Shown here one piece after another: positions 51,180 to 63,380 of a stretch of DNA of 64,000 nt (within the stretch, counting starts at the first letter, position 1; each line of letters starts with the position of its first letter). Source of the DNA: Candidatus Hydrothermarchaeota archaeon (lineage in GTDB: Archaea > CAYFZR01); contig JBHIEG010000001.1 in the NCBI GenBank assembly GCA_046760505.1, positions 32,001 to 96,000 of the forward strand. Reading direction: 5' to 3'. The notes under the pieces are model-generated. The model was not told the DNA's origin and did no database searches. It saw nothing but the letters and a program-made list of their open reading frames with translations. Made by a program: the position numbers and the translations under genes.

Positions 51180-51258
51180 TGTTCTTATCATCATAATAAA
51201 GAGAGTAAATCTAAAAAAATAATTGAAAGATAAAAAGATTAACAGATTTCTGAGACCG

Positions 51259-51546
51259 TTACTCCTTCAGGACTTTAATTAGGTCGTCTACAGACATTGC
51301 AGGCATGGTTAGTGTTTGTATTGTCCCTCGGGCACCGAGTTCAACCGCGACCTTGATAGCAGTTTCGTTGTCAGGAGCTTCCAGTATGTTTACAAAGTCA
51401 TATGGGCCGAAAACGGTGTATTGACTTAGTATTTTGACTCCCATTGCCTCAACTTCTTTGTTGACCTCTTTTATTCTTTCTGGATTCTTTTTTATGGTCT
51501 TTCTGCCCTCGTCCGTAAGCGTGGTCAGCATAACATATACCGGCAT
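51259..51546 (-). CDS. GYD-domain protein
   Basis: LTDEG..TIK..PER, GPYDFV.I.EAPD, RGTIQTLTM.A; GGAGGTGA RBS. Confidence 0.88.
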   Translation of the reverse strand: MPVYVMLTTLTDEGRKTIKKNPERIKEVNKEVEAMGVKILSQYTVFGPYDFVNILEAPDNETAIKVAVELGARGTIQTLTMPAMSVDDLIKVLKE

Positions 51547-51784
51547 ATCCTCACCTCCCTCTCGATCAACTTACACGAGCGATGTACACATTAAGCTACC
51601 TTATAAATGAGATAAAGTTTGCGGAGTATGAAGGTTATTTTCACATGAAACATAGCGGATCTCACTGGAATCTTCAACGATCTTCTCTTTATCCAAAAGT
51701 AGTAGACAGAAGTATCCAATATGTTTTTGGAGATCAAACTCCTTTATATACTACTTATCTATCTCTGAAGTGGTCAGCGACCTT

Positions 51785-52987
51785 TTATTTATCGCCTCTC
51801 GATTTTCTTCTAATTTTGTTGAATAGATTCGCCTGAAATCCATGAAATTTGAGCATGCCACTTATTTCTCTCTGATCGAATGCCTTTTCATCGAACGATA
51901 CAGCCTCTTTTTCGTATAGGGCAAATGGAGATTCTTTTGAAACCACCCTTGCATTGCCTTTATGCAGTTTTATCTTTACCGTACCAGAACACCTTTTCTG
52001 AGTAAAGTCTATATATTCGTCCAGCCCCAACCTCAAAGGATCGTGCCACAGTCCATGGTATATCAACTCTCCATACAAGGAGTCCACATATTCTTTAAAT
52101 CTGATTTCGTTCCTTGTTAAAACCAAACTTTCTAGGCTTTTATGAGAGTTTAAAAGAGTCATAGCTGCGGGAGCTTCATAAATTTCCCTAGACTTTAGAC
52201 CGAGAATTCTGTCCTCGATTATGTCAATTCTTCCCACCCCGTGTGATCCTGCTATTTTATTTAGGTTCATTATCAACTCAAGAGGGGGCATCTTATTGTT
52301 ATCTAGAGAAACAGGTTCTCCTTCTTCAAAATCGATTTCAATAACTTCGCCATCTTCAGGTGCATCTTTTACAGAAACCGTCATTTCAAATATATCCTCA
52401 GGAGGATCCAAAGAAGGATCTTCTAAAACTCCACCCTCAATCGATCGGCCCCAGAGATTTTCATCTATGCTGTAGGGTTTCTCATGCGTTACAGGAATTG
52501 GAATCCTCTTTTCTTTTGCATATTCGATTTCTTCTTTTCTTGACATGTTTAGTTCTCTGATCGGCGCTATAACCTCAAAATCACTAGTTCCCCTTATTAA
52601 GGTCTCGAATCTGAATTGATCGTTGCCTTTGCCGGTACATCCATGGGCTATTGCTTTAGCGTTTAATTCTCTGGCTTTTTCTACCGCTTTTGTGGCGATT
52701 AACGGTCTTGCCAAGGCTGTACTTAAAGGATAGCCTTCATAGATGGCATTCGCTTTGATAGCCCTAAATATGTAGTCCTCTGCGAATTCATCCTTTGCAT
52801 CTATGGTGTAATGATCCGAAACACCAATTTTTTCAGCTCTTTCTTCAGCCTCTTTTATATCGTTTGCTGGCTGTCCAACGTCTACTGTAACAGTTACTAC
52901 ATCCATATTGTATTTTTCTTGGATCAACCTAATGCAAACCGAGGTATCCAAGCCTCCGCTGTAGGTTAACACGCAGATATCCTTCAT
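51785..52987 (-). CDS. argG: Argininosuccinate synthase
   Basis: [52 protein letters not shown]. Confidence 0.97.
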   Translation of the reverse strand: MKDICVLTYSGGLDTSVCIRLIQEKYNMDVVTVTVDVGQPANDIKEAEERAEKIGVSDHYTIDAKDEFAEDYIFRAIKANAIYEGYPLSTALARPLIATKAVEKARELNAKAIAHGCTGKGNDQFRFETLIRGTSDFEVIAPIRELNMSRKEEIEYAKEKRIPIPVTHEKPYSIDENLWGRSIEGGVLEDPSLDPPEDIFEMTVSVKDAPEDGEVIEIDFEEGEPVSLDNNKMPPLELIMNLNKIAGSHGVGRIDIIEDRILGLKSREIYEAPAAMTLLNSHKSLESLVLTRNEIRFKEYVDSLYGELIYHGLWHDPLRLGLDEYIDFTQKRCSGTVKIKLHKGNARVVSKESPFALYEKEAVSFDEKAFDQREISGMLKFHGFQANLFNKIRRKSRGDK

Positions 52988-55900
52988 GCCTCCACCTTCC
53001 ATTTCCCCCTATAATACTCGGATAACGACCTTACACAGAGTTTGCCTTTTCTTACCTTCTTTATTGCCTCAACCGCTGCTCTTGCGCCTGCAAGAGTTGT
53101 TATGTAGGGTATACTTAGTTCTACGCATGCCCTCCTTATCATAAATCCGTCTCGAGAGGGTTCCCTTCCAACGCTTGGGATGTTTATGACGAAATCTATC
53201 ATATTTGACCTCATGTAATCGAGTATATTTGGAGTTCCCTCGCTTACCTTCTTCACGATTTCGGCTTTAACTCCATTTTCATTAAGAACTCTTGCTGTAC
53301 CTCTGGTTGCCAATATTTTAAATCCTAGATTGGACAATTCTTTTACTATGGGTACCATATTTAGTTGTTCTTCATCTTTTACGCTGATAAAGATAGTTTT
53401 GTTGAAAGAAGTGCTTACAGGTAGTTCCATAAAGGCGCCTAACTGAGCCTTAAAGAAGGCGTTTCCGAAAGCATAGTCGATTCCCATTACCTCGCCGGTA
53501 GACTTCATTTCTGGTCCCAGTACGGGATCTACGCCAGAGAGTTTTGCAAACGAAAACACCGCTTCCTTAACTGCTACATGAGTTAGGTCGTGCTCGCTAG
53601 TATAACCGAGTTCTTTTAGGCTGCGTCCAATCATTACCTTTGTTGCCAATTTAGCCAAAGGAATACCGATAGCCTTGCTAACATAGGGAACTGTTCTGCT
53701 TGCCCTTGGGTTTGCCTCTAAAACATAGACAACTCCATCCTTCACCGCATACTGTATGTTTATCAACCCTACTACTCCAAGTTCTAAGGCTATTCTCTTT
53801 GTGTAATCCTTAATTTTTTCAACAATATCTTTTCCAAGCGTCTGTGGAGGTATAACGCATGCACTATCTCCAGAATGTACTCCAGCTTGCTCTATATGTT
53901 CCATTATGCCTCCAATGAAAACGTCTTTTGAATCACAAACCGCATCAACGTCTACTTCTACAGCGTCTTGCAAAAATTTATCTACAAGGACCGGGTGCTC
54001 TGGGGAGACTTTTATCGCGTCTCTCATATATTTCTCAAGTTCGGTTTCATCTTGCACTATCTCCATGGCCCTTCCGCCCAATACGTATGAGGGTCTCACG
54101 AGCAAAGGATAGCCAATCTTCCTTGCAATATTCTTTGCTTCTTCTATTGAATGTGCGGTTCCGTAAGGAGCCTGAGGTATGCCCAACTTGTCTAGCAATT
54201 CTGTAAAGCGTTTTCTATCTTCTGCTCGATCTATGCTTTCAGGAGACGTTCCCAATATTTTAACACCGCATTTTGACAGAGGAACCGCTAGGTTTATGGA
54301 TGTTTGACCGCCAAACTGAACCATAACTCCTTCGGGCTTTTCTAACTCAATTACGTTCAAAACGTCTTCTAGCGTAAGAGGCTCAAAATATAACTTGTCA
54401 GATATGTCGAAATCAGTACTAACTGTCTCAGGATTGTTGTTTATTATTATGGCCTCTATTCCCTCTTCTCTTAATGCTAAAACGGCATGTACGGTACAAT
54501 AATCGAACTCTATTCCCTGACCTATTCTAATTGGTCCTGCACCGATTATGATTACCTTCCTATTTTTGGAGGGATTAACTTCGCATTCGCTCTCATATGA
54601 AGAATAGTAATAAGGTGTTTGCGCTCGAAATTCTGCTGCGCACGTATCCACCATCTTGTAGGTTGGGATAATGTTCAATTCTCTACGTAGATTTCGTATT
54701 TTAAACTCATTTGTCTTTAAGAGATGTGCTAACTGTCTATCAGAGAAACCCAACTTCTTTGCCTCAGTTAAAATCTTCTTATTTATGTTTTTTATCCCCT
54801 TCTCTTTGATTATTTTTTCCATTCTCACTATGTTTGAGATTTTATGTATAAAGAATGGATCTATATTTGTTAATCTCGAAATTTCTTCTACCTCGAGTCC
54901 CTTCATCAATGCCTCCCTGATATGAAAGAGAGTTGTATCAGTGGGAGAGGAAAGAATTTTTTTAAGAGATTCTTTATCACCAAAGGACTCCTCTGTTCCG
55001 TTTGCTTCCAAGCCAAATTTTCCGATATCTAGTGATCTAACTGCTTTCTGTAACGCCTCCTCAAAAGTTCTTCCAATCGCCATTACCTCTCCAGTTGACT
55101 TCATTTGTGTTTTTAGAGTCCTATCTGCGTACGGAAACTTGTCGAAAGGCCATCGGGGTATCTTGATAACAACGTAGTCTAGTGTAGGTTCAAAACTAGC
55201 AAGAGTTTCGCCTGTAACCGCATTTGGAATCTCATCTAAAGTCATGCCGATTGCAATCTTTGCTGCCACTCTTGCTATTGGATATCCCGTCGCTTTAGAT
55301 GCTAGAGCACTGCTCCTGCTAACCCTAGGATTAACTTCTATTACTCTGTATTCTCCTGTTTCTGGATGGACGGCAAATTGTATGTTGCAGCCTCCCTCCA
55401 CGCCCAATGTTCTTATAATTCTCAGTGAGGCGCTTCTTAAGATTTGATGATCCTCATCTGATAAAGTCTGAGCAGGTGCTACCACTATGCTCTCTCCGGT
55501 ATGGATTCCCATTGGATCTATGTTCTCCATGTTACATACGGTAATGCAGTTATTCGCTGAGTCGCGCATAACTTCGTACTCAAATTCTTTCCAGCCTAGA
55601 ACCGCTTCTTCAATAAGAACTTGATTTATTCTGCTATACTCAATTCCGATTTTCACTATTTCTTCTAGTTCTTTCTGGTTATGGGCTATCCCCCCTCCGG
55701 TCCCTCCCAGTGTGTAAGAAGGGCGTATGATCAGGGGAAATCCGATTTCCTCTGCGATAATTTTGGCGTCTTCTAGATTATTTACGGCTTTACTTTTGGG
55801 AACAGGCTCACCAATGCGCTCCATCGTCTTCTTGAACAAATCACGATTTTCACATGCTTTTATCGCCTCTATTGGTGTTCCAAGAGTTTCTACTCCGTAC

Positions 55901-56229
55901 TTTTTTAATATTCCTCTCTCTGCAAGTTCTGATGCAATATTTAACCCGGTTTGTCCGCCAACAGTAGGTAAAATTCCATCTGGTCTTTCCTTTTCAATTA
56001 TTTTCTCTAGAAACTCGGGTGTAAGAGGTTCAATGTACACTACATCTGCTATTTCAAGATCGGTCATGATTGTAGCAGGATTGCTGTTGACAAGTATCAC
56101 CCTGACTCCTTCTTCTCTCAATGATTTACATGCTTGTGAACCTGAATAATCAAATTCAGCCGCTTGTCCTATTATTATAGGACCTGATCCTATTACTAGC
56201 ACGTTTTTTACTTCCTCTCTTTTTGGCAC
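52984..56229 (-). CDS. carB: Carbamoyl-phosphate synthase large subunit
   Basis: [27 protein letters not shown], duplicated ATP-grasp, C-terminal MGS domain. Confidence 0.97.
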   Translation of the reverse strand: MPKREEVKNVLVIGSGPIIIGQAAEFDYSGSQACKSLREEGVRVILVNSNPATIMTDLEIADVVYIEPLTPEFLEKIIEKERPDGILPTVGGQTGLNIASELAERGILKKYGVETLGTPIEAIKACENRDLFKKTMERIGEPVPKSKAVNNLEDAKIIAEEIGFPLIIRPSYTLGGTGGGIAHNQKELEEIVKIGIEYSRINQVLIEEAVLGWKEFEYEVMRDSANNCITVCNMENIDPMGIHTGESIVVAPAQTLSDEDHQILRSASLRIIRTLGVEGGCNIQFAVHPETGEYRVIEVNPRVSRSSALASKATGYPIARVAAKIAIGMTLDEIPNAVTGETLASFEPTLDYVVIKIPRWPFDKFPYADRTLKTQMKSTGEVMAIGRTFEEALQKAVRSLDIGKFGLEANGTEESFGDKESLKKILSSPTDTTLFHIREALMKGLEVEEISRLTNIDPFFIHKISNIVRMEKIIKEKGIKNINKKILTEAKKLGFSDRQLAHLLKTNEFKIRNLRRELNIIPTYKMVDTCAAEFRAQTPYYYSSYESECEVNPSKNRKVIIIGAGPIRIGQGIEFDYCTVHAVLALREEGIEAIIINNNPETVSTDFDISDKLYFEPLTLEDVLNVIELEKPEGVMVQFGGQTSINLAVPLSKCGVKILGTSPESIDRAEDRKRFTELLDKLGIPQAPYGTAHSIEEAKNIARKIGYPLLVRPSYVLGGRAMEIVQDETELEKYMRDAIKVSPEHPVLVDKFLQDAVEVDVDAVCDSKDVFIGGIMEHIEQAGVHSGDSACVIPPQTLGKDIVEKIKDYTKRIALELGVVGLINIQYAVKDGVVYVLEANPRASRTVPYVSKAIGIPLAKLATKVMIGRSLKELGYTSEHDLTHVAVKEAVFSFAKLSGVDPVLGPEMKSTGEVMGIDYAFGNAFFKAQLGAFMELPVSTSFNKTIFISVKDEEQLNMVPIVKELSNLGFKILATRGTARVLNENGVKAEIVKKVSEGTPNILDYMRSNMIDFVINIPSVGREPSRDGFMIRRACVELSIPYITTLAGARAAVEAIKKVRKGKLCVRSLSEYYRGKWKVEA

Positions 56230-56253
56230 CTCATTTCCCCCAAGATATAAAGG

Positions 56254-57297
56254 TTAAAAGTTGTTTTTTCCGAGTATTTCTCTTAGCCTTTTGTCATTAA
56301 ATCTTACGCTCATAGTTGGAGTGCTCAATTTTAACCCTGATACAACGATTGTAACCCTAACCTTGTCCCCGAATTCTGGATCCAATTGAGCCCCCCAGAT
56401 AATATGTGCACCCTTAGAGAGTTTCTTCGAAACTTCATTGACAATTCTCCCTGTTTCCTCCATTTTTAGGTCATATCCTCCTACTATGTTTATTAATGCT
56501 CCTTTGGCGCCGTTAATATCTATTTCCAACAGAGGACTATTTAAAGCTTCAGAGGCTGCGATGATTGCTCTGTTTGGACCTTCCCCCTCGCCTATTCCTA
56601 TCATTCCGATATTTTTTCCTCCAATAATCGTTTTGAAATCCGCGAAGTCAAGATTAACGAGGCCTGGCTTGGTTATTGATTCAACGATGCCCTTCAATGT
56701 GGTTACGAGAATTTCATCAGCGAGTTTATAGGCAGAAGCAGATGTAGAACTTGAGGTTAACTCAAGCAATTTCTGGTTGGGTATAACTATTACAGAATCA
56801 ACGATATTTTTCAATCTATTTAATCCTATATGCGCGTTTCTCATCCTCGAAGGACCTTCAGATTTAAGTGGTAGCGTTATCATTAATATAGTTAGTGCAC
56901 CGGAATTTTTGGTTATTTCCGCTATTACTGGCGTAGATCCCGTTCCTGTCCCTCCCCCCAACCCGCATGTTATGAATGCCAAATCAACTCCCTTTACCGT
57001 ATCTCTTATGATTGGTGCATCTTCTCTTGCTGCAGAGTCTCCGAGTTCGAGAATACTGCCTGTTCCTAAACCCCTAGTAATGGACTTACCGATCAGTATT
57101 TTATGGTGGGCTTTAGCATTTAAGAGAGCCTGCGCATCGGTGTTTATGACAATGGTCTCCGCTCCCTCTATCCCGGCCTCCATTAATCTCGAAACAACCT
57201 TACAGCCCGCTCCTCCTATGCCAATGATTTTTATATTCGGTCTTGATTCAATGATTATTCTCTTCAATTCGTCATCAGTCTTATCCTCTTTGGACAT
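56254..57297 (-). CDS. ftsZ: FtsZ (somewhat divergent)
   Basis: INTDAQAL, GLGGGTGTG, T7 loop VNLDFAD, PLLEIDI.GA, IIWGA. Confidence 0.9.
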   Translation of the reverse strand: MSKEDKTDDELKRIIIESRPNIKIIGIGGAGCKVVSRLMEAGIEGAETIVINTDAQALLNAKAHHKILIGKSITRGLGTGSILELGDSAAREDAPIIRDTVKGVDLAFITCGLGGGTGTGSTPVIAEITKNSGALTILMITLPLKSEGPSRMRNAHIGLNRLKNIVDSVIVIPNQKLLELTSSSTSASAYKLADEILVTTLKGIVESITKPGLVNLDFADFKTIIGGKNIGMIGIGEGEGPNRAIIAASEALNSPLLEIDINGAKGALINIVGGYDLKMEETGRIVNEVSKKLSKGAHIIWGAQLDPEFGDKVRVTIVVSGLKLSTPTMSVRFNDKRLREILGKNNF

Positions 57298-57389
57298 AGA
57301 AGACCCTCTGGCAATCTATTAAAAATTAGAATTAATCTTATTTTAGTTTAGTGATCAAAAAGAAAAACTGAGGAGTTGAGAAAGTTAAC

Positions 57390-57827
57390 TCAGTATCGTC
57401 TTCTCTCTCCTCTACTAAAATCTTTCCTAAAATAGCCTCTTCTACGATAACCCGTCTCGTACGTCTTGTTAGAAATATTTTTTTCGGTATTTATTTCTCC
57501 TAACTCTATATCCTCTCTTTTTTCCATCGAACCATACTTGCCTATGTTGAGTCTCATGTTCCCCCTGATTAAAGATACGTACCCATTATCTATGGCTATT
57601 ATGTCTCCTTCGTTTACCTCGTCAATCTGGTTTCCCCATAGGGTCATGACGACAGTAGCGGTTTCATCGCCAACGAGAACCTCTGCAAGAGTCTTTGTTT
57701 CACCAGATCTTGTTGTTATGGTCCTCTTTTCTGGTTCTTCTAAGACCTTCACTATCAAATTAGCTCTCCTACTGGTAGGAGAGAGGTCTTCAACCTTAAT
57801 CATCTCTTGGTCTCTCACCATCACCAC
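57390..57827 (-). CDS. Single-OB-fold ssDNA-binding protein (RPA/SSB)
   Basis: KVEDLSP, LIVKVLE, VGDETA...TLWG, IDNGYV, LNIGKYG; Arg/Gly-rich tail. Confidence 0.88.
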   Translation of the reverse strand: MVMVRDQEMIKVEDLSPTSRRANLIVKVLEEPEKRTITTRSGETKTLAEVLVGDETATVVMTLWGNQIDEVNEGDIIAIDNGYVSLIRGNMRLNIGKYGSMEKREDIELGEINTEKNISNKTYETGYRRRGYFRKDFSRGERRRY

Positions 57828-57830
57828 ATC

Positions 57831-58244
57831 TCATATTTGATCTGTTTCGGAACAGTCTTCTGAAGTATAAGTATCCCATCTATTTAAATCTTTGCAGGGT
57901 TTCACCGAGGCACGCTGTAAATCTTCTATTACGCTTCGAATCGGAAGTTTTTGTGGACAAACAATTTGGCAAAGGCCCTTACAATTACCACACATCAATG
58001 CAACTTCCTTAGCAGGCATTCTTTCGGATCCTATCCTAACAGGATAATTTGGATCATTAATGCGAGCAGCAATCATAAAATGAGTTGGTTCTATGCGGAG
58101 TGGGCATTTTTGCATACATATCCTACATTGCCAGCAGATCATAGTTTCAGGGTGCGGGCCTTGGTATGCCCTAACGAAGTAGTATGCAAACAATGCAATG
58201 ATAATTGAAAAGGAGATCAACTGGAGTATGATAATAAGGTTCAT
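57831..58244 (-). CDS. Membrane-anchored 2x[4Fe-4S] protein (HdrC-like)
   Basis: N-terminal TM; CWQCRICMQKCP and CGNCKGLCQIVCP. Confidence 0.75.
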   Translation of the reverse strand: MNLIIILQLISFSIIIALFAYYFVRAYQGPHPETMICWQCRICMQKCPLRIEPTHFMIAARINDPNYPVRIGSERMPAKEVALMCGNCKGLCQIVCPQKLPIRSVIEDLQRASVKPCKDLNRWDTYTSEDCSETDQI

Positions 58245-58330
58245 ATTCTAGTTCCATCGATACTTCTTCTTAAAAATTCCGTGTGAACATATATATTCCT
58301 TCATCCTCTAATAATATAGGAGGCTCTTCA

Positions 58331-58957
58331 ATGATATGTAAGACATGTGGTACCAGTTTAAAAGAGAAATGGCGATACTGTCCAAACTGTGGAAAAGCCG
58401 TGAAAGACGTCGAAGAATTCCTATCCCTCGAGGAGTTAATTGATAGGATAAAAAGAGAGATAGGAGATATAACCAAAGATTTTGCAAAGGAGATTCAAAT
58501 CCTTGATTTTAAGGACCTTACCGAGTCAATTATAAAGGGCGGAGGCTTCAGTATCAGAATTTCAAAAGAAGGAGATAAATCCCCTGAAATAGACATAAAG
58601 ACTTTTGGTGATCTCGAGGAAGAGATAAAAGAGATGATAACAAATATCCTGAACATTGACACGAAAAGTAAAATAGAAATCAGAAACCCAGACAAAAAAA
58701 AGTTCAGAACCACACCAGAAAAGGTAGAAGAGCCTGAGATAACCTTTAATAGTGATGGGGTTTACGATATCGTGACACTTGATTTACCTGATGTGAAAGA
58801 TATTAGCCAAATCGACATTGAAAAGTTTGAGGAGTCCATTGAAGTGAGGGCGTTTACCGATAATAAATGTTACATCAAGATAATACGCATTCCTAAAGGT
58901 ACTTCCATCGTAAAAACAGAATTTAGCATGGGAAAACTAAAGTTAACCCTCAAATAG
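58331..58957 (+). CDS. Zinc-ribbon plus Hsp20-like domain protein
   Basis: CKTC..WRYCPNCG; GFSIRI...P.IDIKTFG; EEPE, LDLPDVK, ESIEVRA, GKLKLTL. Confidence 0.8.
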   Translation: MICKTCGTSLKEKWRYCPNCGKAVKDVEEFLSLEELIDRIKREIGDITKDFAKEIQILDFKDLTESIIKGGGFSIRISKEGDKSPEIDIKTFGDLEEEIKEMITNILNIDTKSKIEIRNPDKKKFRTTPEKVEEPEITFNSDGVYDIVTLDLPDVKDISQIDIEKFEESIEVRAFTDNKCYIKIIRIPKGTSIVKTEFSMGKLKLTLK

Positions 58958-58966
58958 GTGGGTTGA

Positions 58967-61153
58967 ATGAAGCAGATAGAGTTAAGAGTCGCAGAGTCAA
59001 TGCCCCAAGATGTTGGTAAAGGTATAGTTAGGATAGATGGAAAAAGTCTAGCGGAATTAGGACTTGTTGCAGGAGATATCGTCGAGATAAGAGGAGAAAA
59101 AATAGGAGTGGCAATAGTAAACCAAGGGTATCCTATGGATGAAGGTCTGGGCATTGTGAGGATGGATGGAGTGGTAAGATACAATGCAGGAGCCAACATA
59201 GGAGGGAAGGTGAAGGTAAGGAAAGCACAAGTAAAAAACGCCCGAAGAATAAGGTTAAGCCCCATTCAACCCGTTAGATTTAGATCAGATTTCCAAGAAT
59301 ACGTCAGAAGAAGAATTATAAAAAAACCGCTGATCAGAGGAAATAGGATAGATGTTCCTGTTTTTAATACCGCTTTATCTCTAATAGTAACGAGTACAGA
59401 CCCGAGCGGTTCGGTATTAGTAACCGAGGAAACCCAGATTAATATCAGCGATCGTCCGATAAAGGACATACTAGATATTCCAGCCGTAACATATGAGGAC
59501 ATAGGTGGGCTGAAAGAGGAAATCCAGAAAGTTAGAGAGATGATCGAGCTTCCACTAAGGCACCCTCAGGTATTCGAGAAACTGGGTATCAAACCCCCAA
59601 AGGGCGTTCTTCTCCATGGACCGCCGGGAACCGGAAAAACATTACTTGCAAGAGCAGTAGCCCACGAAAGTAACGCCCATATTATAATGTTAAATGCTCC
59701 TGAAATTATGGGAAAATATTATGGAGAAAGCGAAGAAAGGCTCAGAGAAATATTCAAACAAGGGCATGAGAATGCTCCAAGTATAATATTCATAGATGAA
59801 ATAGATGCAATAGCGCCCAAAAGGGAAGAGGTTACTGGAGAAGTGGAGAAGAGAGTAGTAGCACAATTACTTTCTTTAATGGACGGTTTAAAAGAGAGAG
59901 AGAAAGTAATAGTTGTTGCCGCTACAAATAGGCCAAACGCTCTCGATCCTGCGCTCAGAAGGCCTGGAAGATTTGATAGAGAGATAGAGATAGGTATTCC
60001 AGATAGAGATGCAAGATTTGAGATACTGCAGATCCATACAAGGAACATGCCTTTAGAAGACGTGGATCTGGAAGAGTTAGCAAATTCAACCCATGGTTTT
60101 GTGGGTGCAGACATAGCCGCTTTATGCAGAGAGGCTGCAATGAGTGCCTTGAGAAAAGTTTTGCCAGAAATAGATCTTGAAGCCCATGAAATCTCACCAG
60201 ATACATTGGAAAAATTGGTAGTGCGTAGAGAAGACTTCAAAGCAGCCTTAAAAGACGTTGGCCCCTCTGCACTCAGAGAAGTCTACGTTGAAATTCCGAA
60301 TGTAAGGTGGTCAGATATTGGGGGGTTGGAAGAAGTCAAGAAGGAGTTAAAAAAGGCGATAGAATGGCCTCTCAAGTATCCAGATGAGTTTGAAGAACTA
60401 GGTATCAAACCGCCTCATGGTATATTACTCTACGGTCCTCCAGGAACCGGCAAGACCATGCTTGCAAAGGCTATAGCCACTGAGGCTCAGGCCAACTTCA
60501 TAAGTATAAAAGGGCCCGAACTACTAAGTAAATGGGTTGGAGAAAGTGAAAAGGCAGTTAGAGAGGTATTCAAAAAAGCCAGACAAACTGCCCCCTGTAT
60601 AATCTTCTTTGACGAGGTAGACTCGATAGTTCCTAGAAGAGGGACTGGTATAGGAGATTCAAGAGTTACTGAAAGAATAATAAGCCAGATACTAACGGAG
60701 TTAGATGGTATTGAAGAACTAACAGATGTAGTGGTAATTGCCGCGACGAATAGACCTGACATAATCGATCCTGCCCTGTTCAGACCAGGAAGATTTGATA
60801 AAATAATTTACGTACCAGAACCTGATCAGAGAGCAAGATTAGAAATATTCAGGGTGCATACAAAGAATATGCCTCTGGGAGATGACGTGGATATTGAGTG
60901 GTTAGCAGGCGTTACCGAAGGATACACCGGAGCAGACATAGCTGCTCTTTGTCAAGAGGCAGCTATGATAGCGCTTGAAGAAATCATGGGAAAAGACGTT
61001 AAAAGGATTGAGATGAGGCACTTTGATGAGGCACTGAAATCAGTAAAACCATCTTTGTCAAAAGAAGTCATATTTCAATACGAGAAATTTACAAAGGAAA
61101 GAGAGAAGAGAGGCACGATATTGGACGAAGATTTCAGGGTTTCTTACTTGTAA
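58967..61153 (+). CDS. cdc48: Cdc48/VAT AAA+ ATPase (paralog 2)
   Basis: [11 protein letters not shown]-domain; two complete AAA modules. Confidence 0.95.
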   Translation: MKQIELRVAESMPQDVGKGIVRIDGKSLAELGLVAGDIVEIRGEKIGVAIVNQGYPMDEGLGIVRMDGVVRYNAGANIGGKVKVRKAQVKNARRIRLSPIQPVRFRSDFQEYVRRRIIKKPLIRGNRIDVPVFNTALSLIVTSTDPSGSVLVTEETQINISDRPIKDILDIPAVTYEDIGGLKEEIQKVREMIELPLRHPQVFEKLGIKPPKGVLLHGPPGTGKTLLARAVAHESNAHIIMLNAPEIMGKYYGESEERLREIFKQGHENAPSIIFIDEIDAIAPKREEVTGEVEKRVVAQLLSLMDGLKEREKVIVVAATNRPNALDPALRRPGRFDREIEIGIPDRDARFEILQIHTRNMPLEDVDLEELANSTHGFVGADIAALCREAAMSALRKVLPEIDLEAHEISPDTLEKLVVRREDFKAALKDVGPSALREVYVEIPNVRWSDIGGLEEVKKELKKAIEWPLKYPDEFEELGIKPPHGILLYGPPGTGKTMLAKAIATEAQANFISIKGPELLSKWVGESEKAVREVFKKARQTAPCIIFFDEVDSIVPRRGTGIGDSRVTERIISQILTELDGIEELTDVVVIAATNRPDIIDPALFRPGRFDKIIYVPEPDQRARLEIFRVHTKNMPLGDDVDIEWLAGVTEGYTGADIAALCQEAAMIALEEIMGKDVKRIEMRHFDEALKSVKPSLSKEVIFQYEKFTKEREKRGTILDEDFRVSYL

Positions 61154-61257
61154 AATTTTTTATTAAAACATCAGATATTTTTTTGTTTCACCAAATTATC
61201 CCGTTTAAGCAGAGAAAAATTTTTATTCTCACTCATCGAAAGAGTTCTGGGGATTAT

Positions 61258-62166
61258 ATGCTCTCTGTTGATAAGGTAGTTATACAAACGATAGTAGATA
61301 ACTATATAGACGTATTTGAGCCAAGTACCGATAAGATAAAAAGAATCTCTCCTGGAGAATTGAAAGAACCCTTGGTTGCGGGTCATGGACTCTCTTTCCT
61401 CATAGAAATTGAAAGAGGCAATCAGACTAGAAAGATCCTCATGGACACCTCTCACTCATCCCACGCTCTGCTTCACAATCTCAAAAACTTAGGAAATGAA
61501 GTTGACGATATCGATACCATCTTTCTCAGTCATGGGCACCCGGACCACTACGGTGGTCTCTTGGGATTTTTGAACTCAAGAAATAAAGAAACGCCCATAT
61601 TGATGCACCCCGAGGGGCAATTTCCCCGCTACATAGTAACTCCAGCTGGAGTAAGAGGGCCATTTTTATTTGATAGAGAAAAGGTAAAGGAGGCTGGAGG
61701 ATTAATCGTAGAGGCAAAAAATCCAGTTTCTTTAGATATCGGGGTCTTGAGTACAGGAGAAATAGAAAGAACCACAGATTTTGAGAAACCATGGATAGGC
61801 CCTAAGATAGTAAAAAATCATGTATTTCAGGATGACTATTTCATGGACGAGCAAGCCTTAGTTTTGAATGTTAAGAATAAAGGTTTGGTCATACTCGTGG
61901 GATGCGCTCATCCAGGAGTGGTGAACATAATCAATCATGCACAAAAACTAACTGGAATCAATGAAATTTATGGAATCATCGGAGGTTTCCATCTTACCGT
62001 AGCAGAGGATGAAATCATAGAAAAGACAGTCGATGCTTTTAAGGAAAAAAATCCATCTATCATAATACCAGCTCACTGTACTGGCTTCAGGGCAATGAAA
62101 AAAATTTCAGAGAAAATGCCTGAACAATTCTTTGTGAACTGTGTGGGAACAAAAGTTTTTTTATAG
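61258..62166 (+). CDS. MBL-fold metallo-hydrolase (MJ0301-like group)
   Basis: VDN, HGLSFLIE, SHGHPDHYGG, DEQAL, GCAHPG, GGFHL, PAHCTG. Confidence 0.85.
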   Translation: MLSVDKVVIQTIVDNYIDVFEPSTDKIKRISPGELKEPLVAGHGLSFLIEIERGNQTRKILMDTSHSSHALLHNLKNLGNEVDDIDTIFLSHGHPDHYGGLLGFLNSRNKETPILMHPEGQFPRYIVTPAGVRGPFLFDREKVKEAGGLIVEAKNPVSLDIGVLSTGEIERTTDFEKPWIGPKIVKNHVFQDDYFMDEQALVLNVKNKGLVILVGCAHPGVVNIINHAQKLTGINEIYGIIGGFHLTVAEDEIIEKTVDAFKEKNPSIIIPAHCTGFRAMKKISEKMPEQFFVNCVGTKVFL

Positions 62167-62186
62167 TTTCAAAGTTGATTAGAAAC

Positions 62187-62960
62187 ATGATAAAACCCTC
62201 AGATCTGGTAACTCTGAAGAAATTCGAAGCAGGATTCGGCTGGTACAACAAAATAAGAGGAGATATCAAAGGTAAGTACTTTAGAGATATCGTTGATCTT
62301 GACAGAGAAACTGCTGTTGAATTATCCAATTATATAAATGGAAAATTCCATGATTTCAAGCCTTATCCAACTGTAGAGTGGATAATATCTACATCTCCCT
62401 TAAAAGATCTGGAAATATTTTTTATGTTCGACAATAATCCTGAATTCGGTAAAGATCTCTTCGTTTTCTTTGATAAAAGAGGGGTTGACAAGATTCCTTC
62501 AGAAGATGTATACGTTTTTACCCAGAGCTACCTTTCATTGATTTCCAGATATCGCAAAGACTTGTGTAAAAGATTAGAGTGCTCCAGTAAAATGCTAACA
62601 ATGGAAGAGGTTGAGAGAGAAAAGAAAGAAAATTTTTCTGAATATACCATGGGAAAGAGAGAAGATCTCTTAAAAAAAATAAAGTATGAGACTGCAAAAG
62701 AAATATCTCCACGAATAAAGGCTAAATTTATTGAATCTGAACAAGAAATATGGGGATTTAGATTTTCACCCCTCTATGATTTAGATATTACATACAAACT
62801 TGATTCGGACAACAATTTGAAAATATTATACAACGAGATTGGAGTAAAGAAATATATACTGGGAATTTTGATAGCCTTTACCTGGCTTTATGCAAACGAA
62901 ATTATAAGGGAAGCCCAAAAAATAGATAATAGTATTCCACGGATATCCAGATACATATAG
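62187..62960 (+). CDS. Hypothetical protein with internally duplicated DUF3786-like domain
   Basis: SPLKDLEIFFMFD..PEF...LFVFFD....KIPSEDV and a second unit FSPLYDLDITY...LKILYN. Confidence 0.5.
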   Translation: MIKPSDLVTLKKFEAGFGWYNKIRGDIKGKYFRDIVDLDRETAVELSNYINGKFHDFKPYPTVEWIISTSPLKDLEIFFMFDNNPEFGKDLFVFFDKRGVDKIPSEDVYVFTQSYLSLISRYRKDLCKRLECSSKMLTMEEVEREKKENFSEYTMGKREDLLKKIKYETAKEISPRIKAKFIESEQEIWGFRFSPLYDLDITYKLDSDNNLKILYNEIGVKKYILGILIAFTWLYANEIIREAQKIDNSIPRISRYI

Positions 62961-62969
62961 GGGGTTTAG

Positions 62970-63380
62970 ATGAAGGAAAGCAAAACAGAGATCAAGGTGA
63001 GAATCTCTGATACAGACCTATGGGGCGTCGTTTATTTTGCAAATTACTTCCGCTATTTTGGCGTTGGTATAGAGGAGTTCTTCATGTCTCTAGGAATTCC
63101 TAGGGAAGAGTTGATAAAATTTTTCGAAGAAAAAAAGGTAGCAATGCCAATAGTAGAGGCTTCCTGCCAATATAAGGCTCCAGCCAGATTTGGAGATACA
63201 TTGGAGTTGGATACAACGCTTAAAGGAATTGGTAACAAGAAGATAACCTTCGAATTTAATTTACTTAGAAAATACGATGGTGAACTCATAGCAAAAGGTC
63301 GCGTAACTCACGTATTAGTGGACGAAAACTGGAAACCCATAGAAATCCCTAAAGAACTGAAGAAATTATTAGAAAATTGA
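62970..63380 (+). CDS. YbgC/4HBT hotdog-fold acyl-CoA thioesterase
   Basis: VRISDTDLWGVVYFANY, CQYKAPARFGD. Confidence 0.9.
   Translation: MKESKTEIKVRISDTDLWGVVYFANYFRYFGVGIEEFFMSLGIPREELIKFFEEKKVAMPIVEASCQYKAPARFGDTLELDTTLKGIGNKKITFEFNLLRKYDGELIAKGRVTHVLVDENWKPIEIPKELKKLLEN

Noticed and set aside
51582-51836. 84-aa plus-strand ORF between the GYD gene and argG
   Set aside because: No recognisable motif, overlaps the argG end and the probable GYD promoter; likely spurious.
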